From positions 6,276 through 70,275 of the IMG/VR virus record IMGVR_UViG_3300009181_000066: a stretch of 64,000 bases of DNA. The stretch is one strand, 5' to 3'. A program made the position numbers and the translations under genes. Each line of letters starts with the position of its first letter. The first letter of the stretch is position 1. Below, piece by piece: positions 19,733-29,497 of the stretch. The notes under the pieces were generated by a model. The model did no database searches and was not told the origin of the DNA. It saw nothing but the letters and a program-made list of their open reading frames with translations. This stretch comes from a virus.

Positions 19733-22700
19733 AGTACAAACAAAAAATGTTTATGTAGATACGGAATATGATAATATTATTGTCATAGATCCAAATATTG
19801 TGCAAAATGAAGATGGTTCTCCCGTAGAAAGATTAGTTCAGCATGAAGATTTAGTTTATTATGCTAATTTAGAAACAAAAATAGTACCTAGAACTAAATT
19901 GGCGGTTGGTGAAACTTTAGATATAGTAAACACCACAGTCGCTAGTTTTATTGGTGGAGACGAAAATGAAAATTTAAATTTTTTAAAACCAAAAAATAAA
20001 AAGGGTACGTTTGATACCAGCTGGTCTGATCAATTAACGGGACAAGGTTCAAGAGGTGGTGCGGGTTATAATCAAACAACCGAACAAGTAAGTGAAGTAA
20101 CTGACAGTAATGGTAAAACAAAAAATGTATTTAATAGAAACATCACAAATTATCAAGATGTTCAAACACTCGGTATTAAGTCAATAAGTGTTACTATAAC
20201 AGCTGCCGGTGTTCCACAAGTAGATATGACACTTGTTGATGTACAAGGAAGAACCCTTTTTGAACAAGGAGAGAATTCTTTATACTCAATATTCTTTAAT
20301 TTACCATATCCAGCGTTTTATCTTACACTAAAAGGATACTATGGGAAGGCATTAAGATATCAATTGGCGTTAATATCTTTTAATGCTAAACTAGATCCTA
20401 AAAGCGGAAATTTTGATATTAGTTTAAAACTAATGGGAAGACCGGGTGCGTTGTTATTTGATACACTTTTTGGGTATGGAAAAAACCTACCAAAAATGTA
20501 TAAAAAAGAGTACACTGTTGGAGGTAATACTTCAAATTCTAACCAAATAGGTATTGGATCGCAGAATCAAAAAAAAGTATCCACAACATTAGGTAGACAA
20601 CTGTTAGAAGAAACGTATGCAAATTATGAATCTAAAGGGTTGATACCACCAAATTTCCCAAGATTATCAATTGAGGATTTCATGTATAGGATTCAAAGTT
20701 TTGTAAAATGGTTACAAGAAGACACTAAAAAAAAAGGGGATTTTCAAATTTTAACTGAAGTCTATAAATTTAGAAAAGATTTAGAAAATCTTAAAAAAGA
20801 AGTATTTGATAATTCAATAAATGATTATTTAGATTTAAATAATGTTTTTGTAATCAATGGAGAATATTATTACCCGTACAAGCCTGAAATTAATAAAACA
20901 GTAAGGGATGCTCACAGAAAATATATAAAAAATATAACAACATTATTGGGTTCATCAAGTAAAGAATCTCCGTTATTAACGGATATGTATGAATTTAATA
21001 CTACTTTTGGTAAAGGTGGGTCGTATACGATAAATAGTGTTAAAACTCCTTCAGATTTGGCATCTCCACTTGTTTCAAAATTAAAGTATGAAAATATTGT
21101 AAAAGAAAGAGATTTAACGACAGAACCCTTTACTGAAAAAGAATATGAAGATACGTTCTTTGCTAGAACTGGTAAAACAAAAATGCAAGACCCTCAGGGG
21201 TATAGTAAATTTGTTGCAAATTTGGCAGCTACATCGGTTGTATTAACTTATGAGTTAGATGTTAATTTAGTAAAAAAACCATCTAAAACAACATTTTTTG
21301 TATTTGGAATTAAGGATAATAATCAACAAAATTTAGTTGTATCTCCTCCAGGATTTTTACAAATTATAAGTGACACTGAAAATGAGCTTAAAACTCGTGA
21401 ACAAGATATTGAAATTAAATTAAGTGAAGTTTTAGCACAAAAAATAGGTGCGTCAGATAAAGGAATTGGATTTATACCAACAATAAGGAATGTTTTTGCC
21501 GTTTTATTTGCTGGTATTGATTCATTTTATAAATTAATGGATGATACCCATAGAAAGGCGTGGGAAAAAAGGGAAGATAGGGCAAGAATTGATGCTATTT
21601 TAGATAAAACAAAACCATCCGTAGAGAGAAATGATAATGATACAAATCAAATCGTTTATCCTTGGCCACAATATTATGTTCAAAAAAATGAAGATGGTAG
21701 AAATTTATATGAGATACAATATCCTGGAGATCCTCAATTTGTGAATCAAACAAAAGGAAACAATTTTACAATTTGGCCTGAAGTAGAGTTTACTGAACAA
21801 TATTTGGCGGCGGCATCCTCCAAATTATCTAATGTTGATAATAGTGTTTATACTGATCCCACAAAAGTTACAAAAAAATCACAATTAAATTCTATATACA
21901 AAACAAATAACCCCTATTTTAATACTAACAGGTCAAACCTTTTATTTGAGATATTAGAAAGATCTTATGTTAATGCTTATTATGGTAAATTTAATTATAA
22001 AAATTATAAAAATTATCATATAGATACGTTAATTGCTGATCTTGAGGGAGAAAACATAATTGATTCAATTATTAATATTTTACCACTTATTGATTTGTTT
22101 AAAAATTACAATTTTACTTATATTACCCTTAAAGATTATTTAAAAACAAATTTCATTAGACAGTGGTGGTATTATGAAAATAATCTATTTTCAACACCGG
22201 ATTTATCAACAAGTTTAGTGACTGAAAATCAAAATAGTTTATTTAGTTTAGATTATTTAACTAAACAACAAGTAACCACTACTTCGGATTTACAAATAAA
22301 ATTCCAAGATTATTTAAAAGATTCGGCGTCAAATGAAGAATCATTTTTAGATACATATCCATTTACAAATGGTGGTTGGATTTTTTCTAACATGGCAGAT
22401 GGGATAAAGGTGGGTGGTACTGAGTCATTTAGAGAAACTACTAAAATTTTTAAAATTGAAGAAAGTTTAAAAAAGGTTGCAAGACTTGATACTAATTATG
22501 ACGGACAAGACGTTAATATGTTTGTTAATAATAGAATTTTTGATAATAGTTTTGTTTCTTTGTCAGTTACTAATAGTTCAGGACAAGAAATTCCTGTTAA
22601 CACTCGCGAAACACTAAAACAATTTTTTGAACAAAGAACTAATGACCCAAATTTATTTGTGTTTACTGAAACCGCAATTGATTATGGTAATGAATATATC

Positions 22701-25700
22701 GGACAAGTTAAAACAAAATTACAAACAACATCACTTTTAAATACCCCATATTTTGTAAATTCAATTATGCGTGGTGTTGAATTAGAAAAAACAAAAGGGG
22801 AAACACCATATGCTGCTCTTGGGTATTTGTATTTAAATTCACTTCCTTTAATTACCACAAGAGAAAAATTAAAAACAGTTGATGGAGGAATACAAAGTGA
22901 TTTGGATTATTTAGCGGCGTCATTTAATAAATTATCAGCAATCCACCAAGTACCATACGCTTGGGTTTTAAAATATGGTGCGATTTGGCATCGTTATAAA
23001 AAATGGGTTGAAACAGGTAATGACATATTAGATGATAATTATGTGTGGAAGGATTTTGACGCGGCAGCAGCTTGGGATCCATTAGGTAATTCTAAATCAA
23101 AAACATATACCTTTACTAACTACATGGGGGGAACATCTAATGTTACTTTACAACAAGAAACGCAAGGGATTCCACTTGGAATACCAAGTGTTATTAAAAC
23201 ATATGATGTTGGGTTTTATCCAAAAGTTTGTAATGATGTATATTACTTTTTTTCTAAAAAAGATTTGTATTCGGAGTATACTGGACAAGATTTATTTGTA
23301 CCTGGAAATGACAGGGTGAATAGGGGAATATCTAATAGTTATACAATAGAACCAGCTATAAATAATGCATATGAGCAAACAATAGTTAACAGTATTTATG
23401 TTTATTATGAAATAAAAAATGATACAAATTTACCATTTTATAATGAAAATTCAGATATTTTCTTTCCTTCTTCGGGATTTGATGATATTAATCAATCAAT
23501 TTTTGAGTGTTTTGATGAAAATGGTGTTGAAAAAACACCATTAAAAGATAATCCAGCATTTTATAACGGAACAGTAAAAAGTCTATGGAACTCTCCTCAT
23601 TATGGGTATTATGATAATAGTAAAATAAAAAAACCACATCCTTGGGAGTATATTAAAAAAATTAAAACATCAAAAACAGAACAAAGTTCTTTTGATTTAT
23701 TAAATAACAATGAAGAATATAGTACAATTGAGGAGATATTTGGTATTTTTAATAAAGAAACTTTAGATCTTTTTGAAAAAAGATTTTTATTATTTATTGA
23801 TCCATATGCGACTGAAAAAACATTCTTTTTAGAAGATGAGATTTTTTCAGGGACATTAGAAACACCACCAAAACTAAAAAATGGTGATGAAAAAAGTTTA
23901 TATTCACAAATGAAAAATTTGTTTGTGGTACCTGAAAATTTTTCACAAATGGAAAATTTTACGGCAAGAGTTAAAGAATTTTTAGATTTTGACGTTATAC
24001 TTAGAATCGGAAATCCTGGAAATTTTGATAGACAAATTTTTAGCGAATTTACAAATTCACCAAAATATCTTCCAACAAACGATCAAGTTAAATATAAGTA
24101 TAGTCCATATTCAGGAAACTTACCTCCACAAGTCACGGTAACACAATCAAAGGCGAGTTATCCTGAAGAATGGAAAACATTGCAATTATATGTAGGATTT
24201 TCAACAATAAGTGAATTAAGTTATAATGGTACGTCCTCAATCATTACCGACTTCTTTAAAGAAATGGACATTGAATTTACAGTGGATAATATTAAAAGAT
24301 TTTCACAATTAATAAAATTGTATGTTACAAATAAAATAAAAGATCCGACATTAGATAAAACTAAATTTATAAATTTAATTATTGGTTTTTTAGACGAAAA
24401 AGAAGTTTATCAACAAAACCTAATTGATGAGACGTTTATGTTTTTAAGAGGAAACTTAAAAGAAATAACATCAAATCAAACAGCAATACAATCGCCTGTT
24501 AATGGTAATGTTATAAAATTAGAAACGTACTCAACACTTAAAACATTAAATGATAAATGGATTGCAGGTAGCGAGCTTCAAGATAAAACAATATTTGAAG
24601 ACTTTTTATTTTACGATAGGGCGAATAGTGATATTGGAAATAGTTATACAATTGACGTAACACAATTAAGTAGTGTATTAGAAAATAGCGATAATATGTC
24701 AATGATGAACGTGGTTAGTTCAATCTTGGATAAAAATCATTTTTTATTTTTTGCAATGCCTGCGTACATTAATTTTTATAATTTACAAAAGGCGGTAAGA
24801 GAAGATCAAGACATACCTTATGAGATACCAAACTCAATGTTTGGTACATACTTAAATGTTGATTACATTAATTCAAAACCTAAATTTCTTTGTATGTATA
24901 TTGGAAATACATCGGAACATTTAGCCAATGACTCAGAATTTAATAAATTTGGTGATGATGTTTTGGATTTGAGAAAAACAACAAATACCATAAGGAAAAC
25001 AACTGAAAATATAGATAAGGAAAAAGAAAATTTAGTTTGTGCATTTAATGTTGATTTTGGTATTAAAAATCAAAATATGTTTAGTGATTTATCATTAGAT
25101 ATGGCGGAAAAACAAAATACCGCCGAGTCAATTAAATTAGAAGCCGAACTTGCAAATTCCGCATCCGCAAATAAAGTGGCTCAACAATCTACATCTTTAT
25201 ATAGTATCTATAGAACAAGGTCATACAGCTGCGGAGTAACAAGTATGGGTAATGCGATGATACAACCAACAATGTATTTTAATCTAAGACACGTACCTCT
25301 TTTTAGAGGAGCATATTTTATTAATGAGGTTAAACATAATATAGACGCACAGTCATTTAAAACAGAATTTAAAGGGGTTAGAGTACCAATTTATACTTTA
25401 CCAAAACCCGATAGTTTTGTTGCATCAATAAATAAAAATTTATTAGAAAGAGTTAAAAGTGATGTGATTAAAGAAGGTATATCAAAATGGGAATTAAGCA
25501 CTGGTTACACAAAAAATCCTAATTTGACGGTTAATAATACACCATTAATGGATACATTGGCCGCTTGTAAAAGTAATGTTGCTAGCGAATATCAATTAAT
25601 ACCTTTTGTTGATTCTGAAACTACTAGAACAACCGATAGTGTATTAAAAGATAGGTTAAATTCTTTGATTAATATTGATAACCTCAGTAATAAACTTTTA

Positions 25701-26177
25701 AAAACTTATTTATTTGGCATTACTAATGTATGTATTTCAAATAGAGTCGATGGTGAGGTTATATTCTCATTTAATCATAACTTATTCTCATTCCAAACAT
25801 CAAGTCTTTATGGAGGAAATATTGCTGAAACCTATATTGCAAAACAAAGTTGCGCTAAAGTTAACAACTATTCAACACCAATCATTGCATTTGATAATGA
25901 CGATCAGTCTATTAATATGGCAATTTCTTTATTAGGTGGTTTAATGGCTATAGTTCCTGAAATTGCAAACAAGACATCATTTAGCGATAATAAAGATAAA
26001 TATTCAGAGGCTCTTGCTAGATTATACATAGAAACATTTGAAAATGTTATGGTAAACCCCGATGCTAATAAAGTGTACGATGGGTTACAAAGTAAATTAG
26101 ATAGTGGTTTATTAGCTGAGACGGCATTTAAAAATTATGTTGACATTTTTAAAGAAGCATATAGTTATTTTTTTTAA
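19722..26177 (+). CDS. Giant baseplate hub protein (gp27/gpD-like ends with a very large insertion)
   Basis: N-terminal LGIKSISVT...PQVDMTLVD..G; C-terminal SCGVTSMGNAMIQP..YF.L..VP.F.GAY.I.EVKH.I....F.T.F.G.R; follows the gpX-like gene. Confidence 0.65.
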   Translation: MAGRVQTKNVYVDTEYDNIIVIDPNIVQNEDGSPVERLVQHEDLVYYANLETKIVPRTKLAVGETLDIVNTTVASFIGGDENENLNFLKPKNKKGTFDTSWSDQLTGQGSRGGAGYNQTTEQVSEVTDSNGKTKNVFNRNITNYQDVQTLGIKSISVTITAAGVPQVDMTLVDVQGRTLFEQGENSLYSIFFNLPYPAFYLTLKGYYGKALRYQLALISFNAKLDPKSGNFDISLKLMGRPGALLFDTLFGYGKNLPKMYKKEYTVGGNTSNSNQIGIGSQNQKKVSTTLGRQLLEETYANYESKGLIPPNFPRLSIEDFMYRIQSFVKWLQEDTKKKGDFQILTEVYKFRKDLENLKKEVFDNSINDYLDLNNVFVINGEYYYPYKPEINKTVRDAHRKYIKNITTLLGSSSKESPLLTDMYEFNTTFGKGGSYTINSVKTPSDLASPLVSKLKYENIVKERDLTTEPFTEKEYEDTFFARTGKTKMQDPQGYSKFVANLAATSVVLTYELDVNLVKKPSKTTFFVFGIKDNNQQNLVVSPPGFLQIISDTENELKTREQDIEIKLSEVLAQKIGASDKGIGFIPTIRNVFAVLFAGIDSFYKLMDDTHRKAWEKREDRARIDAILDKTKPSVERNDNDTNQIVYPWPQYYVQKNEDGRNLYEIQYPGDPQFVNQTKGNNFTIWPEVEFTEQYLAAASSKLSNVDNSVYTDPTKVTKKSQLNSIYKTNNPYFNTNRSNLLFEILERSYVNAYYGKFNYKNYKNYHIDTLIADLEGENIIDSIINILPLIDLFKNYNFTYITLKDYLKTNFIRQWWYYENNLFSTPDLSTSLVTENQNSLFSLDYLTKQQVTTTSDLQIKFQDYLKDSASNEESFLDTYPFTNGGWIFSNMADGIKVGGTESFRETTKIFKIEESLKKVARLDTNYDGQDVNMFVNNRIFDNSFVSLSVTNSSGQEIPVNTRETLKQFFEQRTNDPNLFVFTETAIDYGNEYIGQVKTKLQTTSLLNTPYFVNSIMRGVELEKTKGETPYAALGYLYLNSLPLITTREKLKTVDGGIQSDLDYLAASFNKLSAIHQVPYAWVLKYGAIWHRYKKWVETGNDILDDNYVWKDFDAAAAWDPLGNSKSKTYTFTNYMGGTSNVTLQQETQGIPLGIPSVIKTYDVGFYPKVCNDVYYFFSKKDLYSEYTGQDLFVPGNDRVNRGISNSYTIEPAINNAYEQTIVNSIYVYYEIKNDTNLPFYNENSDIFFPSSGFDDINQSIFECFDENGVEKTPLKDNPAFYNGTVKSLWNSPHYGYYDNSKIKKPHPWEYIKKIKTSKTEQSSFDLLNNNEEYSTIEEIFGIFNKETLDLFEKRFLLFIDPYATEKTFFLEDEIFSGTLETPPKLKNGDEKSLYSQMKNLFVVPENFSQMENFTARVKEFLDFDVILRIGNPGNFDRQIFSEFTNSPKYLPTNDQVKYKYSPYSGNLPPQVTVTQSKASYPEEWKTLQLYVGFSTISELSYNGTSSIITDFFKEMDIEFTVDNIKRFSQLIKLYVTNKIKDPTLDKTKFINLIIGFLDEKEVYQQNLIDETFMFLRGNLKEITSNQTAIQSPVNGNVIKLETYSTLKTLNDKWIAGSELQDKTIFEDFLFYDRANSDIGNSYTIDVTQLSSVLENSDNMSMMNVVSSILDKNHFLFFAMPAYINFYNLQKAVREDQDIPYEIPNSMFGTYLNVDYINSKPKFLCMYIGNTSEHLANDSEFNKFGDDVLDLRKTTNTIRKTTENIDKEKENLVCAFNVDFGIKNQNMFSDLSLDMAEKQNTAESIKLEAELANSASANKVAQQSTSLYSIYRTRSYSCGVTSMGNAMIQPTMYFNLRHVPLFRGAYFINEVKHNIDAQSFKTEFKGVRVPIYTLPKPDSFVASINKNLLERVKSDVIKEGISKWELSTGYTKNPNLTVNNTPLMDTLAACKSNVASEYQLIPFVDSETTRTTDSVLKDRLNSLINIDNLSNKLLKTYLFGITNVCISNRVDGEVIFSFNHNLFSFQTSSLYGGNIAETYIAKQSCAKVNNYSTPIIAFDNDDQSINMAISLLGGLMAIVPEIANKTSFSDNKDKYSEALARLYIETFENVMVNPDANKVYDGLQSKLDSGLLAETAFKNYVDIFKEAYSYFF

Positions 26178-26215
26178 TTATTGAATGAACGATATATTTA
26201 TATATAAAAGAAATT

Positions 26216-26440
26216 ATGGATATGAAAAATTTATTAGATAATTATTTGAAAAAAGATACACGTATTTCAGAAAAACAAATTGAAAATGGGTATAAAGAAG
26301 TGTGCGATCTTGATACAGGTGATTGCTACACAGTAAGAATGAAAGATGGTCTTATTGAAAGAGTTGATAACACCAAAAATGTTAATAGAACATTAAGAGT
26401 TGAAACACCTACGGGAGTTAAAACATTATTAAACGGATAA
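26216..26440 (+). CDS. Hypothetical late protein (74 aa)
   Basis: Clean ORF with TATTTAT at 26195; contains EVCDLDTGDC. Confidence 0.7.
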   Translation: MDMKNLLDNYLKKDTRISEKQIENGYKEVCDLDTGDCYTVRMKDGLIERVDNTKNVNRTLRVETPTGVKTLLNG

Positions 26441-26450
26441 AAATAAAGAT

Positions 26451-27140
26451 ATGTCTATAGATAAAAAAATATTAGAAGAATTAAAAAGGTTTAATCAAAT
26501 TAACACTTATGTTCTTAAAGAACAGGCAGAAGATGTACCACCTCCACCTGACGCGGCGGGAGGGTTACCTACTGATTTGCCTCCACCACCGGCAGATGCT
26601 GCAGGTGATATTCCTCCACCACCGGCAGATGCGGCTGCAGGGGCACCACCGGCAGATGCTGCGGCAACTGAGGTTCCTGAACCTGTTGATGTTGAAAACG
26701 ATCCGGATGTTGACGTTGTTGACGATAAAAAAGAAGATGAGGGTGAAGGTGATACTGAAGAATTAGATATTACTGATTTGGTAACCACACAACAAGAAAT
26801 TAGAGATAAACAAGACGAGTTTATGGATAATATCTTTTCTAAATTAGACGATTTACAAGGTAAATTGGAAGCAATGGATGGTATACTTCAAAAAATAGAT
26901 GGTTTAGAATCTAAGATTGAAAAAATGAGACCAAAAACTCCTGAAGAAAAATTGGAACTTAGAAGTTTAGATTCTGGTCCATTCAAACAAAAATTAAGTG
27001 ATTTTTTTGATGAGAAAAAAAGTGAAATGGAAGAAACAGGAAAAAATGAATATGTTTTAACATCAGATGAAGTTGAGAATTTTTCACCATCAGAAATCAA
27101 AAAAACATTTAATGTTTACGACGACGAAGAAGAGTTATAA
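26451..27140 (+). CDS. Acidic Pro-rich coiled-coil protein, possible scaffold/internal head protein
   Basis: Leader KKILEELKRFNQINTYVLKEQ, PPPPADAAG repeats, acidic tract, heptad region LDDLQGKLEAMDGILQKIDGLESKIE. Confidence 0.55.
   Translation: MSIDKKILEELKRFNQINTYVLKEQAEDVPPPPDAAGGLPTDLPPPPADAAGDIPPPPADAAAGAPPADAAATEVPEPVDVENDPDVDVVDDKKEDEGEGDTEELDITDLVTTQQEIRDKQDEFMDNIFSKLDDLQGKLEAMDGILQKIDGLESKIEKMRPKTPEEKLELRSLDSGPFKQKLSDFFDEKKSEMEETGKNEYVLTSDEVENFSPSEIKKTFNVYDDEEEL
26535..26668 (+). repeat. GC-rich coding repeats CCACCGGCAGATGC (PPPPADAAG)
   Basis: Three near-identical copies plus a degenerate fourth. Confidence 0.8.
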
Positions 27141-27161
27141 TTATTTTTTAAATAATAAATT

Positions 27162-27190
27162 AAGGGGTTTTTTAACCCCTTTTTTTGTTT
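27162..27190 (+). terminator. Rho-independent terminator ending the first tail operon
   Basis: AAGGGGTT-ttttt-AACCCCTT followed by T run. Confidence 0.8.
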
Positions 27191-27196
27191 TATGAA

Positions 27197-27227
27197 TTTG
27201 ACATTTTAAGAAAATTACTTATAATTG
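27197..27227 (+). promoter_or_regulatory. Host-type (early/middle) promoter of the replication operon
   Basis: TTGACA (27198-27203), 16 nt, TATAAT (27220-27225); also TTTG-19nt-TATAATTG, one mismatch from the Bacteroidota TTTG/TAnnTTTG consensus. Confidence 0.75.
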
Positions 27228-27263
27228 TATAAAGATAAAAGAGTAATAATTAAAAATTAATTT

Positions 27264-28118
27264 ATGGCAAATTCAGTATTAGATTCAGTACTTGCGCAGT
27301 ACGAAAAGAATTCAAATCCTACGGGAAACTCAACACCAAGAATGTCTGAACAAGACAGATTAAAAAGGTATTTCACAACCCTTTTAGGTAAAAACGAAAA
27401 ATCAGGACAAAAAAGAGTTAGAATCCTACCAACTAAAGACGGATCATCACCATTTGTTGAAGTATGGTATCACGAAGTTTTGGTTGATGGTAAATGGCAA
27501 AAACTTTATGATCCGGGAAAAAACGACGGAGAAAGATCACCACTTAATGAAGTTTATGAAGAACTTATGTCAACAGGTAAAGATAGTGATAAAAAGTTGG
27601 CGTCTGAATACCGATCAAGATTGTTTTATATTGTGAAACTTGTTGATCGTGACAACGAACAAGATGGTCCTAAGTTTTGGCGTTTTAAACACAACTATAA
27701 GCAAGAAGGTATCTTGGATAAGATCCTACCTATTTGGAAAGCTAAAGGAAATGTAACAGACGCTGAAAATGGTAGAGACCTTATCATTGAATTATCAAAG
27801 GCAAAAACACCACAAGGTAAAGAGTACACAGTTGTTCAAACTATTATGTATGACGATCCTGCACCTCTACACACTGACAATGGTCAAATGAAAGAGTGGG
27901 TGGGTGATGAAACAACATGGAATGATGTTTACGCTAAAAAACCTGTAGAATATTTAGAGGCAATTGCAAGTGGGCAGACACCAATTTGGAACTCTGAACT
28001 TAAAAAGTATGTTTATGGTGAAAATGCTGAAATTTCTTTAGGTGGATCTAAAACTGAAGAATTGGTAATTGTTGACCCACAGGCTAACGACGAGGCAGAC
28101 GAGGAACTTCCTTTCTAA
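27264..28118 (+). CDS. ssb: Single-stranded DNA-binding protein (T4 gp32-like)
   Basis: VRILP..DGSSPF.E...H, Y.VK.VDR....DG.KFW.F, D.ENGRDL.I; acidic tail ending DEELPF; first gene of the replication block. Confidence 0.8.
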   Translation: MANSVLDSVLAQYEKNSNPTGNSTPRMSEQDRLKRYFTTLLGKNEKSGQKRVRILPTKDGSSPFVEVWYHEVLVDGKWQKLYDPGKNDGERSPLNEVYEELMSTGKDSDKKLASEYRSRLFYIVKLVDRDNEQDGPKFWRFKHNYKQEGILDKILPIWKAKGNVTDAENGRDLIIELSKAKTPQGKEYTVVQTIMYDDPAPLHTDNGQMKEWVGDETTWNDVYAKKPVEYLEAIASGQTPIWNSELKKYVYGENAEISLGGSKTEELVIVDPQANDEADEELPF

Positions 28119-28128
28119 AAAAAACATT

Positions 28129-28159
28129 TGGGCATTGAGTTGATTAATGCCCATTTTTT
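28129..28159 (+). terminator. Rho-independent terminator after ssb
   Basis: TGGGCATTGA-GTTGA-TTAATGCCCA followed by T run. Confidence 0.75.
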
Positions 28160-28182
28160 ATTTAATTTTTTAAAAAAACAAT

Positions 28183-28479
28183 ATGAATAAAATATCAGAA
28201 AAAATGTATGAAGCATTGATCTTAAAATATAGATCAGAAATGGCGGAAGCCGAAGCAACACTTCTTGTTTATTTTAACAACCCTGTGGGTATTGGAGAAC
28301 ACCCACAACATTTGGAAGAAATGGATAAAATGGTTGAAAAAATGACAACAGCTAAAGATAAACTTGATATGCTTGAAACAGTATATAGGTATAACCTTAA
28401 AAAGGATAGTGAGTTTTTGGTTACCGAAGATATGTTGAAAATAATTAACGAACAAAACAGAGAAGAAAATGGCAATTAA
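28183..28479 (+). CDS. Hypothetical helical-hairpin phage protein
   Basis: Helix-NPVGIGEHP-helix pattern; overlaps the recA start. Confidence 0.7.
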   Translation: MNKISEKMYEALILKYRSEMAEAEATLLVYFNNPVGIGEHPQHLEEMDKMVEKMTTAKDKLDMLETVYRYNLKKDSEFLVTEDMLKIINEQNREENGN

Positions 28480-29476
28480 GAAGAGTGACTTCGGTTCATT
28501 AAAAAAGAAATTCTCCACATCGGCAAAATATAAACCACAAAGATTTTTTGATCTTGGTGAACCATTTTTGGATGCGGTTGGTCTTCCGGGCCCTGCGATG
28601 GGACATATAAATATGTTTCTTGGACATTCAGATACGGGTAAGACAACGGCACTTGTAAAAACGGCAGTTGATGCGCAAAAGAAAGGTATTCTACCTGTGT
28701 TTATTATTACAGAACAAAAATGGAGTTTTGACCATGCCAAACTTATGGGTTTTGAATGTGAAGAAGTTGTTGATACAGAAACTGGTGAATTAGAGTGGGA
28801 TGGTTTTTACATCTTTAATAATAACTTTGATTACATTGAACAAATTACAGATTACATTAATGAATTATTAGATGCTCAAGAGAAAGGTGATTTAGATTAT
28901 TCATTATGTATTATGTGGGATTCTGTTGGATCTGTACCTTGTAAAATGACTTATGAAGGTAAAGGTGGAAAACAACACAATGCTAGTGTTTTAGCGGACA
29001 AAATTGGTATGGGAATCAACCAAAGAATATCGGGATCACGTAAATCTGATTCTAAATTTGAAAACACCCTGATCATTGTTAATCAGCCTTGGGTGGAATT
29101 ACCTGACAATCCTTTTGGACAACCAAAGATTAAGGCAAAAGGTGGTGAAGCAATTTGGTTAAACTCATCATTGGTATTTTTATTTGGAAATCAAAAAGGT
29201 GCTGGCACAACTAAGATTACCGCAACAAAAGACAAACGAACAGTTAAGTTTGCATCAAGAACAAAAGTGTCTGTAATGAAAAATCACATTAACGGACTTG
29301 GGTTTGAAGATGGTAAGATCATTGTAACACCACACGGGTTTTTGCCGGGTAAAGAAGCTGCTGAAGAAAAGGTATCAATTGAACAATACAAAAAAGATTA
29401 TGCCGAATATTGGAAAGAAATTATTGGAGTTGACGGTGACTTTGATTTGAAAGCGGAAAAAGAAGAAGTTGAGTAG
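28469..29476 (+). CDS. recA: RecA/UvsX-like recombinase
   Basis: Walker A GHSDTGKTT, Walker B IMWDSVG, IIVNQ, KGGEA, V.KNHI. Confidence 0.88.
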   Translation: MAIKKSDFGSLKKKFSTSAKYKPQRFFDLGEPFLDAVGLPGPAMGHINMFLGHSDTGKTTALVKTAVDAQKKGILPVFIITEQKWSFDHAKLMGFECEEVVDTETGELEWDGFYIFNNNFDYIEQITDYINELLDAQEKGDLDYSLCIMWDSVGSVPCKMTYEGKGGKQHNASVLADKIGMGINQRISGSRKSDSKFENTLIIVNQPWVELPDNPFGQPKIKAKGGEAIWLNSSLVFLFGNQKGAGTTKITATKDKRTVKFASRTKVSVMKNHINGLGFEDGKIIVTPHGFLPGKEAAEEKVSIEQYKKDYAEYWKEIIGVDGDFDLKAEKEEVE

Positions 29477-29497
29477 AAACCTTATAACAAACAATTA

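Noticed and set aside
26507-26788. Ser/Gly/Ala-rich and RQM-repeat ORFs overlapping 26451
   Set aside because: Alternative-frame readings of the GC-rich proline repeat.
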